Below, piece by piece: positions 8,482-16,660 of a DNA stretch of 60,260 nucleotides. The translations under genes were made by a program, and so were the position numbers. Under the pieces are notes generated by a model. The model had not been told where the DNA came from. It did no database searches and worked only from the letters and a program-made list of their open reading frames with translations. The DNA comes from Patescibacteria group bacterium (GTDB taxonomy: Bacteria > Patescibacteriota > Patescibacteriia > Magasanikbacterales > UBA922). The DNA lies in assembly GCA_028687045.1 (NCBI GenBank), contig JAQUAW010000002.1:1-60260 (forward strand), written 5' to 3'. Every line of letters starts with the position of its first letter. The first letter of the stretch is position 1.

Positions 8482-8886
8482 ATGGTACAGAAATCTGATG
8501 ACAACAAAGCTCGAGCTGTAGGTAGAAGAAAAACTGCTGCTGCTCGTGTCCGTATTACACTTGGTAAAGGTAAAATTACTATCAATGATAAAGAATTGAC
8601 TACTTATTTTACTACCAAACTTTTACAAGATAGAGTAATTTTTCCGCTTGTTGTAGTTGGAAAAGAAAAAGACATGGATGTTTCTGTCAAAGTAGCTGGT
8701 GGTGGTATTCGTGGTCAATCTGATGCCGTTTGTCATGGTATTGCTCGTGCTCTTGTTGAATGGAATGAAGAATTAAAACCTGTTTTGAAAGCTAACAATC
8801 TTATGACTCGTGATTCTAGAGCCAAAGAAAGAAAGAAACCAGGTCTTCACAAAGCTCGTCGTGCTCACCAATGGAGAAAACGTTAG
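8482..8886 (+). CDS. rpsI: 30S ribosomal protein S9
   Basis: GRRKTAAARV...GGGIRGQSDAVCHGIARAL...KARRAHQWRKR. Confidence 0.95.
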   Translation: MVQKSDDNKARAVGRRKTAAARVRITLGKGKITINDKELTTYFTTKLLQDRVIFPLVVVGKEKDMDVSVKVAGGGIRGQSDAVCHGIARALVEWNEELKPVLKANNLMTRDSRAKERKKPGLHKARRAHQWRKR

Positions 8887-8961
8887 TTTGTTCAAGTTCA
8901 AATTACAAAGCTCAAATTTCAAAACTCTCGATTTTTCGGGGGTTTTTTGTTTTTTATTGAT

Positions 8962-9078
8962 GAAAACATTAAAGCATTAAAACACTTGTCCCGACTTTGT
9001 CGGTGATAAAAACACATTTTTGGTTGAGTATTCATTTTTTTGCAATTTGTTTTAATGCTTTAATGTTCTAGTGTTTTT
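8962..9078. repeat. CATTAAA-word inverted repeat pair enclosing a CCGAC/GTCGG hairpin
   Basis: Left arm gaaaacattaaagcattaaaacac (8962-8985) and right arm gttttaatgctttaatgttctagtgttttt (9049-9078) are near reverse complements. Confidence 0.8.
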
Positions 9079-9129
9079 ATGAAAAATAGTGTAAAATAGG
9101 GGAGTAATCAACTAATATTGTTTTAGTTA

Positions 9130-10563
9130 ATGAAGCCCAATTCAATCGCCAAAAATACCATGTTTATGACTGTGGCCTCTGTATTACAGAAGGTCATATC
9201 TTTTGTTTACTTTGCAATTGTTGCTCGTGAAGTGGGTGCTGTTGACACAGGTAAATATTTTTTTGCTTTGGCCTTTACCACTATTTTTGTAGTTTTTGTA
9301 GATTTGGGATTATCCAATGTCTTGGTGCGTGAGGGTTCCAAAATGAAAGAAAAAATTCAAGATTATTTTTCCAGTATTTTATTTGTAAAATTTTTCTTGA
9401 GCATCTTGAGTTATATCGCTGTGGTGGTAGTGATAAATTTGATGGGCTATGAAATTGAGACGAAACATTTGGTTTATGTTTCGTCTGTTACTATGCTTTT
9501 TGATTCTTTGCACTTGACTCTGTATAGCACACTTCGAGCTTTTGGCAATCTCAAATATGAAGCTATTGGCATTAGCATGAGTCAGGCTCTTACTTTCATA
9601 TTAGGCACTTACTTTTTGTTTGCCGGATTTCCGCTTATTTATCTCATGTATGCTTTCTTAATCCCAAGTATTTTAAATGTTTTGTTTGCGAGTGTTATCG
9701 TGTTATTTAAATATCATCTCAAATTCAAATTAAAGTACGACAAACAAATTTTAAAATACATTATTCCTATAGTTATTCCTTTTGCTTTAGCTGCAATCTT
9801 CGGACGTGTATATTCTTTTATTGATTCTATTTTACTTTCCAAAATAGCAGGGGATGAAGTCCTTGGTTGGTACAGTATCCCTTCCAAAATTGCTTATGCT
9901 TTGAATTTCGTACCAATGGCTTTGGTAGCAGCTCTTTATCCCAAGTTTAGTGAATATTTTGCTCACGACAAACAAAAATTAAATTTTGTTTTTCATCAAA
10001 GTATCAAATATCTGCTATTAGTTTCTTTGCCATTTATCGTGATTGTTTTGTTGTTGTCAGAAGATATTATTTTGGCTTTTTTTAGTGGTGAATATTTGAA
10101 TTCGGTTTTACCTCTCAAAATTCTTATGTTTGGGGTGATTTTTGCTTATCTCAATTTTATTTTTGGGGCCATACTCAATGCTTGTGATAGACAGAAAACG
10201 CAGACTAGTTTGATAGGTGTGATGATGATTTTAAATATTGGCTTGAATCTGTTATTTATACCTCGTTTTGGGGCTGTAGGAGCTTCTTTTGCTGCTCTTA
10301 TTGGTAATTTGGTATTATCCCTCTTTAGTTTGTATTTTATTGCCAAATTCAACAAATTTGACTTTGGATTTTTGAATAGAATGTTTGTCCAACTTTTGAT
10401 AACTATCTTAGTAATGTTTGTAGTAACTTTTTATATAGACAAATATTTTGGATTTATTGTCGCTTTCTTTGTTGGTTCTTTTGCTTATTTAATTATGTTA
10501 TTTGTGACTAGAACAATAACGAAGAAGCAGATTTTGGAGATGGTAATGTTGACTTCAAGATAA
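9130..10563 (+). CDS. oligosaccharide/polysaccharide flippase family protein (Wzx/MOP-like)
   Basis: 477 aa with about 14 TM segments and a general Wzx-like layout; recognised by pattern only. Confidence 0.6.
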   Translation: MKPNSIAKNTMFMTVASVLQKVISFVYFAIVAREVGAVDTGKYFFALAFTTIFVVFVDLGLSNVLVREGSKMKEKIQDYFSSILFVKFFLSILSYIAVVVVINLMGYEIETKHLVYVSSVTMLFDSLHLTLYSTLRAFGNLKYEAIGISMSQALTFILGTYFLFAGFPLIYLMYAFLIPSILNVLFASVIVLFKYHLKFKLKYDKQILKYIIPIVIPFALAAIFGRVYSFIDSILLSKIAGDEVLGWYSIPSKIAYALNFVPMALVAALYPKFSEYFAHDKQKLNFVFHQSIKYLLLVSLPFIVIVLLLSEDIILAFFSGEYLNSVLPLKILMFGVIFAYLNFIFGAILNACDRQKTQTSLIGVMMILNIGLNLLFIPRFGAVGASFAALIGNLVLSLFSLYFIAKFNKFDFGFLNRMFVQLLITILVMFVVTFYIDKYFGFIVAFFVGSFAYLIMLFVTRTITKKQILEMVMLTSR

Positions 10564-10579
10564 AATTTTAACCATTAAC

Positions 10580-10675
10580 GGATACGAAATACCTGCCTGC
10601 CGGCAGGCACGGCGAAAATTACGAACATACGAACTTAAAACTTTCGCACTTTCGTACGTTTCGTATTTCGTATCC
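10580..10675. repeat. ACGAA-word palindrome with central TGCCTGCCGGCAGGCA hairpin
   Basis: The outer arms ggatacgaaatac and gtatttcgtatcc are perfect reverse complements. The interior is built from degenerate ACGAA/TTCGT words. Confidence 0.85.
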
Positions 10676-10713
10676 TCTAAAAACTAGAACCTAAGTAATA
10701 TAAAACCTAACTT

Positions 10714-11862
10714 ATGAAAAAAACCCTAATAATCACCATGGAATTTCCACCACAAATTGGTGGTATTGCCACTTACGTCGATCAGTTTGCTTCAGCTTTG
10801 GAGCCTGAAAAAGTAGTAGTATTAGCACCATTGTATAAAGACAAAAAAATAGTAGAAAATTTTGATAAGCAAAGAAAATATAAAATAATTCGTAAAAAAT
10901 TATTGTTTCCTAAATTTATTTGGCCTCGTTGGTTGAAATTATATTTTCAAGTTCGCAAAATTGTCAAAGAAGAAAAAATAGAAATTATTCTTATCAATCA
11001 TGTTTTACCAGTTGGTTATATTGGTACCTTGATAAAAAGATTTTTGAAAGTTCCTTTTCTTATTCTGTCACATGGTACTGATGTTATTTATGCGACTAGA
11101 AATAAGTGGAAGACTAATAGATTAAAAAAAGTAATTTTGCAAGCTGAACAAGTAGTCTTTAATAGTGAGTCTTTGATGAGACGTTTTTTGATAAAATTAC
11201 CTGAGTTTAGTACTAAATCGATTGTAGTTTATCCTTGCCCTGATGCTGATTTTTTGATACCACCTCCAAAACAAGAAACAGATTTTTTGCGTGAAAAATT
11301 AGCTTTGCAAGGTAAAAAAGTGATTTTGACAGTAGCTCGTATGGAAGACGGCAAAGGATTTCCACATTTAGTTAGAACTTTACCAAAAATTTTGCAAAAA
11401 GAACCTCATGTTGTTTGGTTGATAGTAGGGGATGGACCAAAAAAAGAACAAGTTATGAAAGATATCCAAAAACATTCTTTACAAAATGTGGTTAGATATA
11501 TTGGGCAAGTTCCTCATAATGAAATAAAAAAATATTATTATTTGGCTGATTTGTTTGTTTTGTTTACACATCCTGATGAAGGTAGAGAAGAAGGTCTTGG
11601 TTTGGTATTTTTGGAAGCAGAAAGTTGTGGTCTACCAGTTTTGGCTGGTAAAAGTGGTGGTGTGGAAGAAGCTGTCTTGCATACTCAGACTGGTATTGTA
11701 ATTGATATTAGACAAAATGCTATGGCTATGGATGAGACAGTGGTAGAGATGTTGAAAAATGAAGAATATTCCAAATCTCTTGCTAAGAATGCCTTGGATA
11801 GGATAAAAACAGAATTTATTTGGGAGAGACAGTTGTCCAAATTAAAACAATGGTTGGTTTAG
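10714..11862 (+). CDS. glycosyltransferase family 4 (GT-B fold)
   Basis: GGIATYV N-terminal motif; C-terminal E..G(L/F)..LEA...G.PV.. motif (EGLGLVFLEAESCGLPVLAGKSGG). Confidence 0.8.
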   Translation: MKKTLIITMEFPPQIGGIATYVDQFASALEPEKVVVLAPLYKDKKIVENFDKQRKYKIIRKKLLFPKFIWPRWLKLYFQVRKIVKEEKIEIILINHVLPVGYIGTLIKRFLKVPFLILSHGTDVIYATRNKWKTNRLKKVILQAEQVVFNSESLMRRFLIKLPEFSTKSIVVYPCPDADFLIPPPKQETDFLREKLALQGKKVILTVARMEDGKGFPHLVRTLPKILQKEPHVVWLIVGDGPKKEQVMKDIQKHSLQNVVRYIGQVPHNEIKKYYYLADLFVLFTHPDEGREEGLGLVFLEAESCGLPVLAGKSGGVEEAVLHTQTGIVIDIRQNAMAMDETVVEMLKNEEYSKSLAKNALDRIKTEFIWERQLSKLKQWLV

Positions 11863-11884
11863 ATTTACTTAAGCAAAAAATAAT

Positions 11885-12493
11885 ATGGATATCAAATTAA
11901 AAGAGAAGGAAAAAATAGTATCAGAAGTTTTACAATACGGTCTTACCAAAATTTGGGGATATTTTTCAGGCTTTGCTTGTTTAGTTCTTGCCTCTTTTTT
12001 TATGTTTTGGTTTTTTGATCATGATTGGTGGGGAATAAGTTTGTTTTCTTTATTACTTTTTTGTGGTTTTTTTATCATTTTTAGAAATTATTATTTGTGG
12101 AAAAAAAATGTTTTTTATATTACAACGCATCGTTTGATAGATTCAGAACAACGTGGTTTTTTTGAGCGTATTGTATCAGAAATTCCTTATGATCAGATTG
12201 AAGATGTTCATGGCAAAATAAAAGGTTTTTTTGGTATAGTTTTACGTTTTGGAAATGTAACTATTCAAACTGGTAGTGGCAAAGTAAAAATTGTGTTAAG
12301 CAATATCAAAAGACCTTTACAATTACAACAACACATAAATGAAATGAGAGAAAGTTATTTGTCTAAGAATATTCACAATTTTAGTGGTGATATTGCAGAG
12401 GCTATTACTAACAAATTGTATGAATTAGAGTTACCTGATTTATATAAAGTTAAAAAAGTTTTAGATAGCAGGTTAAATAAGCTTAGTAAATAG
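11885..12493 (+). CDS. membrane protein with bacterial PH (YdbT/bPH_2-like) domain
   Basis: Two TM segments followed by YYITTHRLID...GNVTIQTG, typical of bPH domains. Confidence 0.55.
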   Translation: MDIKLKEKEKIVSEVLQYGLTKIWGYFSGFACLVLASFFMFWFFDHDWWGISLFSLLLFCGFFIIFRNYYLWKKNVFYITTHRLIDSEQRGFFERIVSEIPYDQIEDVHGKIKGFFGIVLRFGNVTIQTGSGKVKIVLSNIKRPLQLQQHINEMRESYLSKNIHNFSGDIAEAITNKLYELELPDLYKVKKVLDSRLNKLSK

Positions 12494-12612
12494 AATTTGA
12501 AATTTTTGTTAGATTAGTAACGTATTAATTATTAGTTATCATAATAAAGTTTAATATTACTCTAATCTGTGCTATAATGGTATAAATAGGTCTATCTTAA
12601 TTACTTATTTTC

Positions 12613-13041
12613 ATGGCTATAGACAACAAACAAAACGTCGATTTTAAAAAGCGGTTTTTTAGCTCGCGCTTGTTTTTGTTTATTATGTTGGGTATTGCTG
12701 TTGTTGTAGCTGTTGGTTATGCTAGAGCTTATTATCAAGATTACAAAATTAAGCAAGAAATAAAAAGTTTACAAGATGAAGTGTCTTCTTTGCAAAAGAA
12801 GAAAATACAAAGTTTGGATTTGTTGAAATATGTTTCTAGTACTGCTTATACAGAAGATCAAGCTAGAATAGAATTGAATATGAAAAAACCTGGTGAAAAT
12901 GTGGTTTTTGTAAATAATTCTGAAAATAGTGACAAACAAGCTGTGGATGTTTATCAAGAAGTGGATAGTGGACAATTTGTTTCAAATCATTTAAAATGGT
13001 TATATTATTTTATTCATAAACCTCTGATCCAAGAGGAATAA
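12613..13041 (+). CDS. septum formation initiator family protein (FtsB/DivIC-like)
   Basis: Single TM, coiled-coil segment (IKSLQDEVSSLQKKK), and ARIELNMKKPGENVV motif. Confidence 0.6.
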   Translation: MAIDNKQNVDFKKRFFSSRLFLFIMLGIAVVVAVGYARAYYQDYKIKQEIKSLQDEVSSLQKKKIQSLDLLKYVSSTAYTEDQARIELNMKKPGENVVFVNNSENSDKQAVDVYQEVDSGQFVSNHLKWLYYFIHKPLIQEE

Positions 13042-13050
13042 TTAAGAATT

Positions 13051-14163
13051 ATGTCAGAAGAACAAAACATGTCTCCAAAAATGGAGGAAAAATCTACAGA
13101 AATGACTCCTAGTCAGGAAGAGTCAAATATTTCAACAATCAAAAAACAAAGTCCACTTATGATGATTTTGGGTGGTTTTGTGGTAGCTTTGATTCTTGGT
13201 TTTGGTATTTTTTATGGTGTAACTTTGTCTCAAGTCAAAAATTTATCTAGAAGTAATTTTACTTTGAAATCTGCTTCATTGTTGAATTTGTCAATTGCTA
13301 GTATCAATGGCAAAAAGGTACTTTATAGTGAATATGTTGATAATATTCAAGCTATGGAAACATTTTATCAGACAGATGATTCTGGTCAGCAAGTACCTAC
13401 TGATGCTGAAAGATCAGATTTTGTTTTGAGTCGTTTACTTGTGAATAATTTGATAGCACAAGTTGCCAAAGATATGGATGTTAGTGTTACCAAAGCTGAT
13501 ATAGACAAAATAGCTGAAGAACAAATTGTTACCGGTTTCCCTAGTAGAGAAGATGCTGAAAAGGAAATTATGAATAGATATGGTTGGACTCTTGAGCATT
13601 TTTTGCAAGAAATAGTTTATTCAACAGAGCTTGAGAAAAAAGTTGCTGCCAAATATGCTGAGCAACATCCTGTTGATACTAATGCTGATGCTTCTGTTGA
13701 AGCACAAGCTATTGAAATTTTACAACAAATAAAAGATGGTGCTGATTTTGCTGAAATGGCTACACAATTTGGTTCAGATGGTACCAAAGATCAGGGTGGT
13801 GATTTAGGTTGGTTTAGTCGTGGTCAAATGGTTGCTGAATTTGAAGATGCTGCTTTCTCTTTAAACAAAGGTGAATTGAACCCTGAATTAGTAAAGACAC
13901 AATTTGGTTATCATATTTTGCAAGTAACTGATAAACGTACTACCAAAGATGATGCTGGTAAAGAAGTTGAAGAAGTACAAGCTCGTCATATCTTATTTCC
14001 ATTTCAAGAAAGTAATGATGATGCTTTCCGTCTATTTATGAATGAACAATTGAAAAATGCAAAAATTGATATAATTGCCAATGTTCATAATCCTTTTGAA
14101 GGTTTATTTGATGAAGAAACTGAACTTCCTGTTACTACAACTACAGATGAAGTTGTTCAATAA
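13051..14163 (+). CDS. peptidylprolyl isomerase, parvulin/PrsA-SurA-like, membrane anchored
   Basis: PpiC motif GGDLGWFSRGQMVAEFEDAAFSL...FGYHILQV; N-terminal TM segment. Confidence 0.85.
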   Translation: MSEEQNMSPKMEEKSTEMTPSQEESNISTIKKQSPLMMILGGFVVALILGFGIFYGVTLSQVKNLSRSNFTLKSASLLNLSIASINGKKVLYSEYVDNIQAMETFYQTDDSGQQVPTDAERSDFVLSRLLVNNLIAQVAKDMDVSVTKADIDKIAEEQIVTGFPSREDAEKEIMNRYGWTLEHFLQEIVYSTELEKKVAAKYAEQHPVDTNADASVEAQAIEILQQIKDGADFAEMATQFGSDGTKDQGGDLGWFSRGQMVAEFEDAAFSLNKGELNPELVKTQFGYHILQVTDKRTTKDDAGKEVEEVQARHILFPFQESNDDAFRLFMNEQLKNAKIDIIANVHNPFEGLFDEETELPVTTTTDEVVQ

Positions 14164-14198
14164 ATAATAATAGTTCCTATCTCAAGTGAGATAGGTAC

Positions 14199-14281
14199 GC
14201 GAATATCGTATAATGGTATTACGTTGATTATAAAGTACTACTTTGCAATCAAAAATGGGAGTTCGAATCTTCCTATTCGCA
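14199..14281 (+). tRNA. tRNA-like gene with canonical acceptor/D/T arms but a 29-nt anticodon arm
   Basis: 7-bp acceptor GCGAATA/TATTCGC with A73; U8, A14, G18G19. T arm is GGGAG-TTCGAAT-CTTCC. The anticodon region is ttgattataaa-GTACTAC-tttgcaatcaa (11-bp helix, 7-nt loop). Confidence 0.55.
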
Positions 14282-14430
14282 CAAAAAACACTGATTATCT
14301 TGATTCTTGAAGATTACATTGATAAATTTTAAGATTATTAGATTTTGATTTTTTCTATGTATAGATAATAGATCAAAATTTTTTCATTAAAAATAATTTC
14401 TACTGTGGTGAAGAATCTTGATATAGAAAT

Positions 14431-14503
14431 GCCATCCTAGCTCAGCTGGTAGAGCAATGGTATCGTAAACCATAGGTCACGAGTTCGATCCTCGTGGGTG
14501 GCT
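14431..14503 (+). tRNA. tRNA-Thr (anticodon CGU)
   Basis: Manual cloverleaf: GCCATCC/GGGTGGC acceptor, GCTC-AGCTGGTA-GAGC D arm, ATGGT-ATCGTAA-ACCAT, ACGAG-TTCGATC-CTCGT. Confidence 0.9.
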
Positions 14504-14561
14504 CTATTTTAAAATAAAAAATTATAGCACGAAAGTTTTTTTTGTGTTATAATATTTACAT

Positions 14562-15242
14562 ATGATTACTTTCAAAAGTGTTACAAAAAAATATACTGCA
14601 GATAGCATGGGTTTGAATGGCATTGATTTACATATAGAATCAGGAGAATTTGTTTCTATTGTTGGTCAGAGTGGAACTGGTAAAACAACCATGATCAAAT
14701 TACTTATTGCTGAAGAAAAAGTTACTTCTGGTATTATTGAAATAGGTGGTTGGGATATTACTAGACTTTCTGATTCTGATATTCCTTTGCTACGTCGTCA
14801 GATAGGTGTTATTTTTCAAGATTTCAAATTATTACCAAAGAAAACTGTAGCTGAAAATGTTTCATTTGCTTTGGAGGTCGCTGGAGAAAAACGCTTACGT
14901 ATCAAGCAAGTAGTACCTAGAGTATTAGATATTGTTGGTCTTAGTCATAAAGTAGATAGATATCCACACCAATTATCTGGAGGAGAACAACAACGTGTTG
15001 CTATGGCACGTTCTTTGGTTCATAGACCAAAAATTTTGTTGGCTGATGAACCTACTGGAAATTTGGATTCTATAAATACTCAAGAAATTATAGATATTTT
15101 GAAAAAAATAAATGAATTTGGTACTACTATTTTGCTTGTTACTCACAATAGGGAAGTGGTAAATCAACTAAAACGTCGCGTAGTAACTCTTCATGACGGT
15201 AAAATTATTTCCGATGAAGATAAAGGTAAATATCGTTTATAA
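14562..15242 (+). CDS. ftsE: cell division ATP-binding protein FtsE
   Basis: Walker A GQSGTGKTT, signature LSGGEQQRV, Walker B ILLADEPTGNLD; followed by ftsX. Confidence 0.9.
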   Translation: MITFKSVTKKYTADSMGLNGIDLHIESGEFVSIVGQSGTGKTTMIKLLIAEEKVTSGIIEIGGWDITRLSDSDIPLLRRQIGVIFQDFKLLPKKTVAENVSFALEVAGEKRLRIKQVVPRVLDIVGLSHKVDRYPHQLSGGEQQRVAMARSLVHRPKILLADEPTGNLDSINTQEIIDILKKINEFGTTILLVTHNREVVNQLKRRVVTLHDGKIISDEDKGKYRL

Positions 15243-15345
15243 ATACCGACCACGCCGATTCGACGGGCGGAACAAACAAATTTGTTTAGATGTATTCATT
15301 AGTTTCCACTATAAATTAATATAAACAAATTTAATTTTAAGAAAG

Positions 15346-15377
15346 ATCCCTCGTCGTGCTTTCGCCGACTTCGGGAT
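15346..15377 (+). promoter_or_regulatory. 5'-UTR GC-rich hairpin module, copy b (upstream of ftsX)
   Basis: TTAAGAAAG-ATCCC tc GTCG tgctttcgc CGAC ttc GGGAT; ends 14 nt before ATG 15392. Confidence 0.65.
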
Positions 15378-15391
15378 GACGTAAAAAAATT

Positions 15392-16303
15392 ATGCTATCT
15401 GGATTTTTTCGTATTATAAAATTTTCTTTTCAAGAAATAGTACGCAACATGAGTTTGTCTATTATGACAGTTCTTATTTTGATTTTGATGTTACTATCTA
15501 TAAATACTTTGATGGTTGTCAAAGTTTTGACAGATGAATCTATTATCGCTGTCAAAGATCAAATTGATGTTAGTATTTATTTCAATCCTGAGGCAACACC
15601 TGATGAGATTCAAGAAATTCGAGGATTTGTTAGTGCTTTTCCTGAAGTGGAAAAAGAAACTTTTTTGACTAGTGATGAAGTATTCAATAATTTCAAAAAA
15701 AATTATGCTGATAATCAAGATGTCCTTTCTTCATTAGATGAACTTGGACAAAATCCACTTGGTCCAACTTTGATAATCAAGACTCGTGATCCAAAAGATT
15801 ATGAAAAAATAATCAAAAATCTTAGTTTACCTGAATATGAAAATATAATTGAAGCTAAGACTTTTGCTGATACTCAGACTGCTATTGATAAAATTCATTC
15901 TATTACTACCAATGTCCAAAAATTTACTTATTTTTTGACAATTCTATTTGCTATTATTGCCTTTATAATCATTTTTAACACGATAAGAGTTGCTATCTAT
16001 ACACAAAGAGCTGAAATAGGTATCAAACGTCTTGTAGGGGCAACTAGCTGGTTTATAAGGGGTCCTTATTTGATAGAGTCTTTTATATTTAGTATTATTA
16101 GTGTAGTTATTACTTATTTCCTAGTAGACTTTTTATTGAAATTTTTAGATCCATATATAAGTGTTGTTTTTAACAAAAATGATCTTTTATCAAATTATCT
16201 ATCACAAAATTGGTTGATGGTGGTGGGGATTGAATTTGGAGTAGTATTTTTGCTTACTATTGTTTCTAGTGGTCTTGCGATGAGGAAGTATTTGAGGACG
16301 TAA
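15392..16303 (+). CDS. ftsX: cell division permease-like protein FtsX
   Basis: Four-TM FtsX topology with a large periplasmic loop, directly downstream of ftsE. Confidence 0.85.
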   Translation: MLSGFFRIIKFSFQEIVRNMSLSIMTVLILILMLLSINTLMVVKVLTDESIIAVKDQIDVSIYFNPEATPDEIQEIRGFVSAFPEVEKETFLTSDEVFNNFKKNYADNQDVLSSLDELGQNPLGPTLIIKTRDPKDYEKIIKNLSLPEYENIIEAKTFADTQTAIDKIHSITTNVQKFTYFLTILFAIIAFIIIFNTIRVAIYTQRAEIGIKRLVGATSWFIRGPYLIESFIFSIISVVITYFLVDFLLKFLDPYISVVFNKNDLLSNYLSQNWLMVVGIEFGVVFLLTIVSSGLAMRKYLRT

Positions 16304-16305
16304 CT

Positions 16306-16656
16306 CATAAAAACATTAAAGCATTAAAACATAAAAACACCCCGCTTTTCGTGAAAGACAGGGTGTTTTTTAAATTTGTTTTAAAACTGGGAGACTGCTG
16401 TATAAAAATGTGGCGGATAATTCCCCCTCCTATTAGGAGGGGTTAGGGGAGGTTTAGAGTATAACAAAACGTTTATCTCAAAGATGGACCCCCTCTAACT
16501 CCCCCTGCTAGGGGGAGGATCAATCTTTATTTTGTTATATTTTTTTATAAACAAAACACAAAGTTTCACACTTTTATGCAATAGTCCCTTTGTTTTCATG
16601 TTCTTGTGTTTTCATGTTTTAATGCTTTAATGTTTTTATGTTCTAGTGTTTTAATG
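16306..16656. repeat. CATTAAA-word inverted arms bracketing the whole ftsX/recQ convergent spacer
   Basis: The left arm cataaaaacattaaagcattaaaacataaaaacac (16306-16340) is mirrored by gttttcatgttttaatgctttaatgtttttatg... (16591-16656). The terminator hairpin ACACCC...GGGTGT at about 16335-16371 lies just inside. Confidence 0.8.
16419..16520. mobile_element. ~100-bp GC-rich palindromic doublet (MITE/REPIN-like), copy 1, inverted relative to copies 2 and 3
   Basis: ttccccctcctattaggaggggttagggga...ccccctctaactccccctgctagggggagg; its reverse complement aligns along the full length with 32487-32587. Confidence 0.85.
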
Positions 16657-16660
16657 AAAT

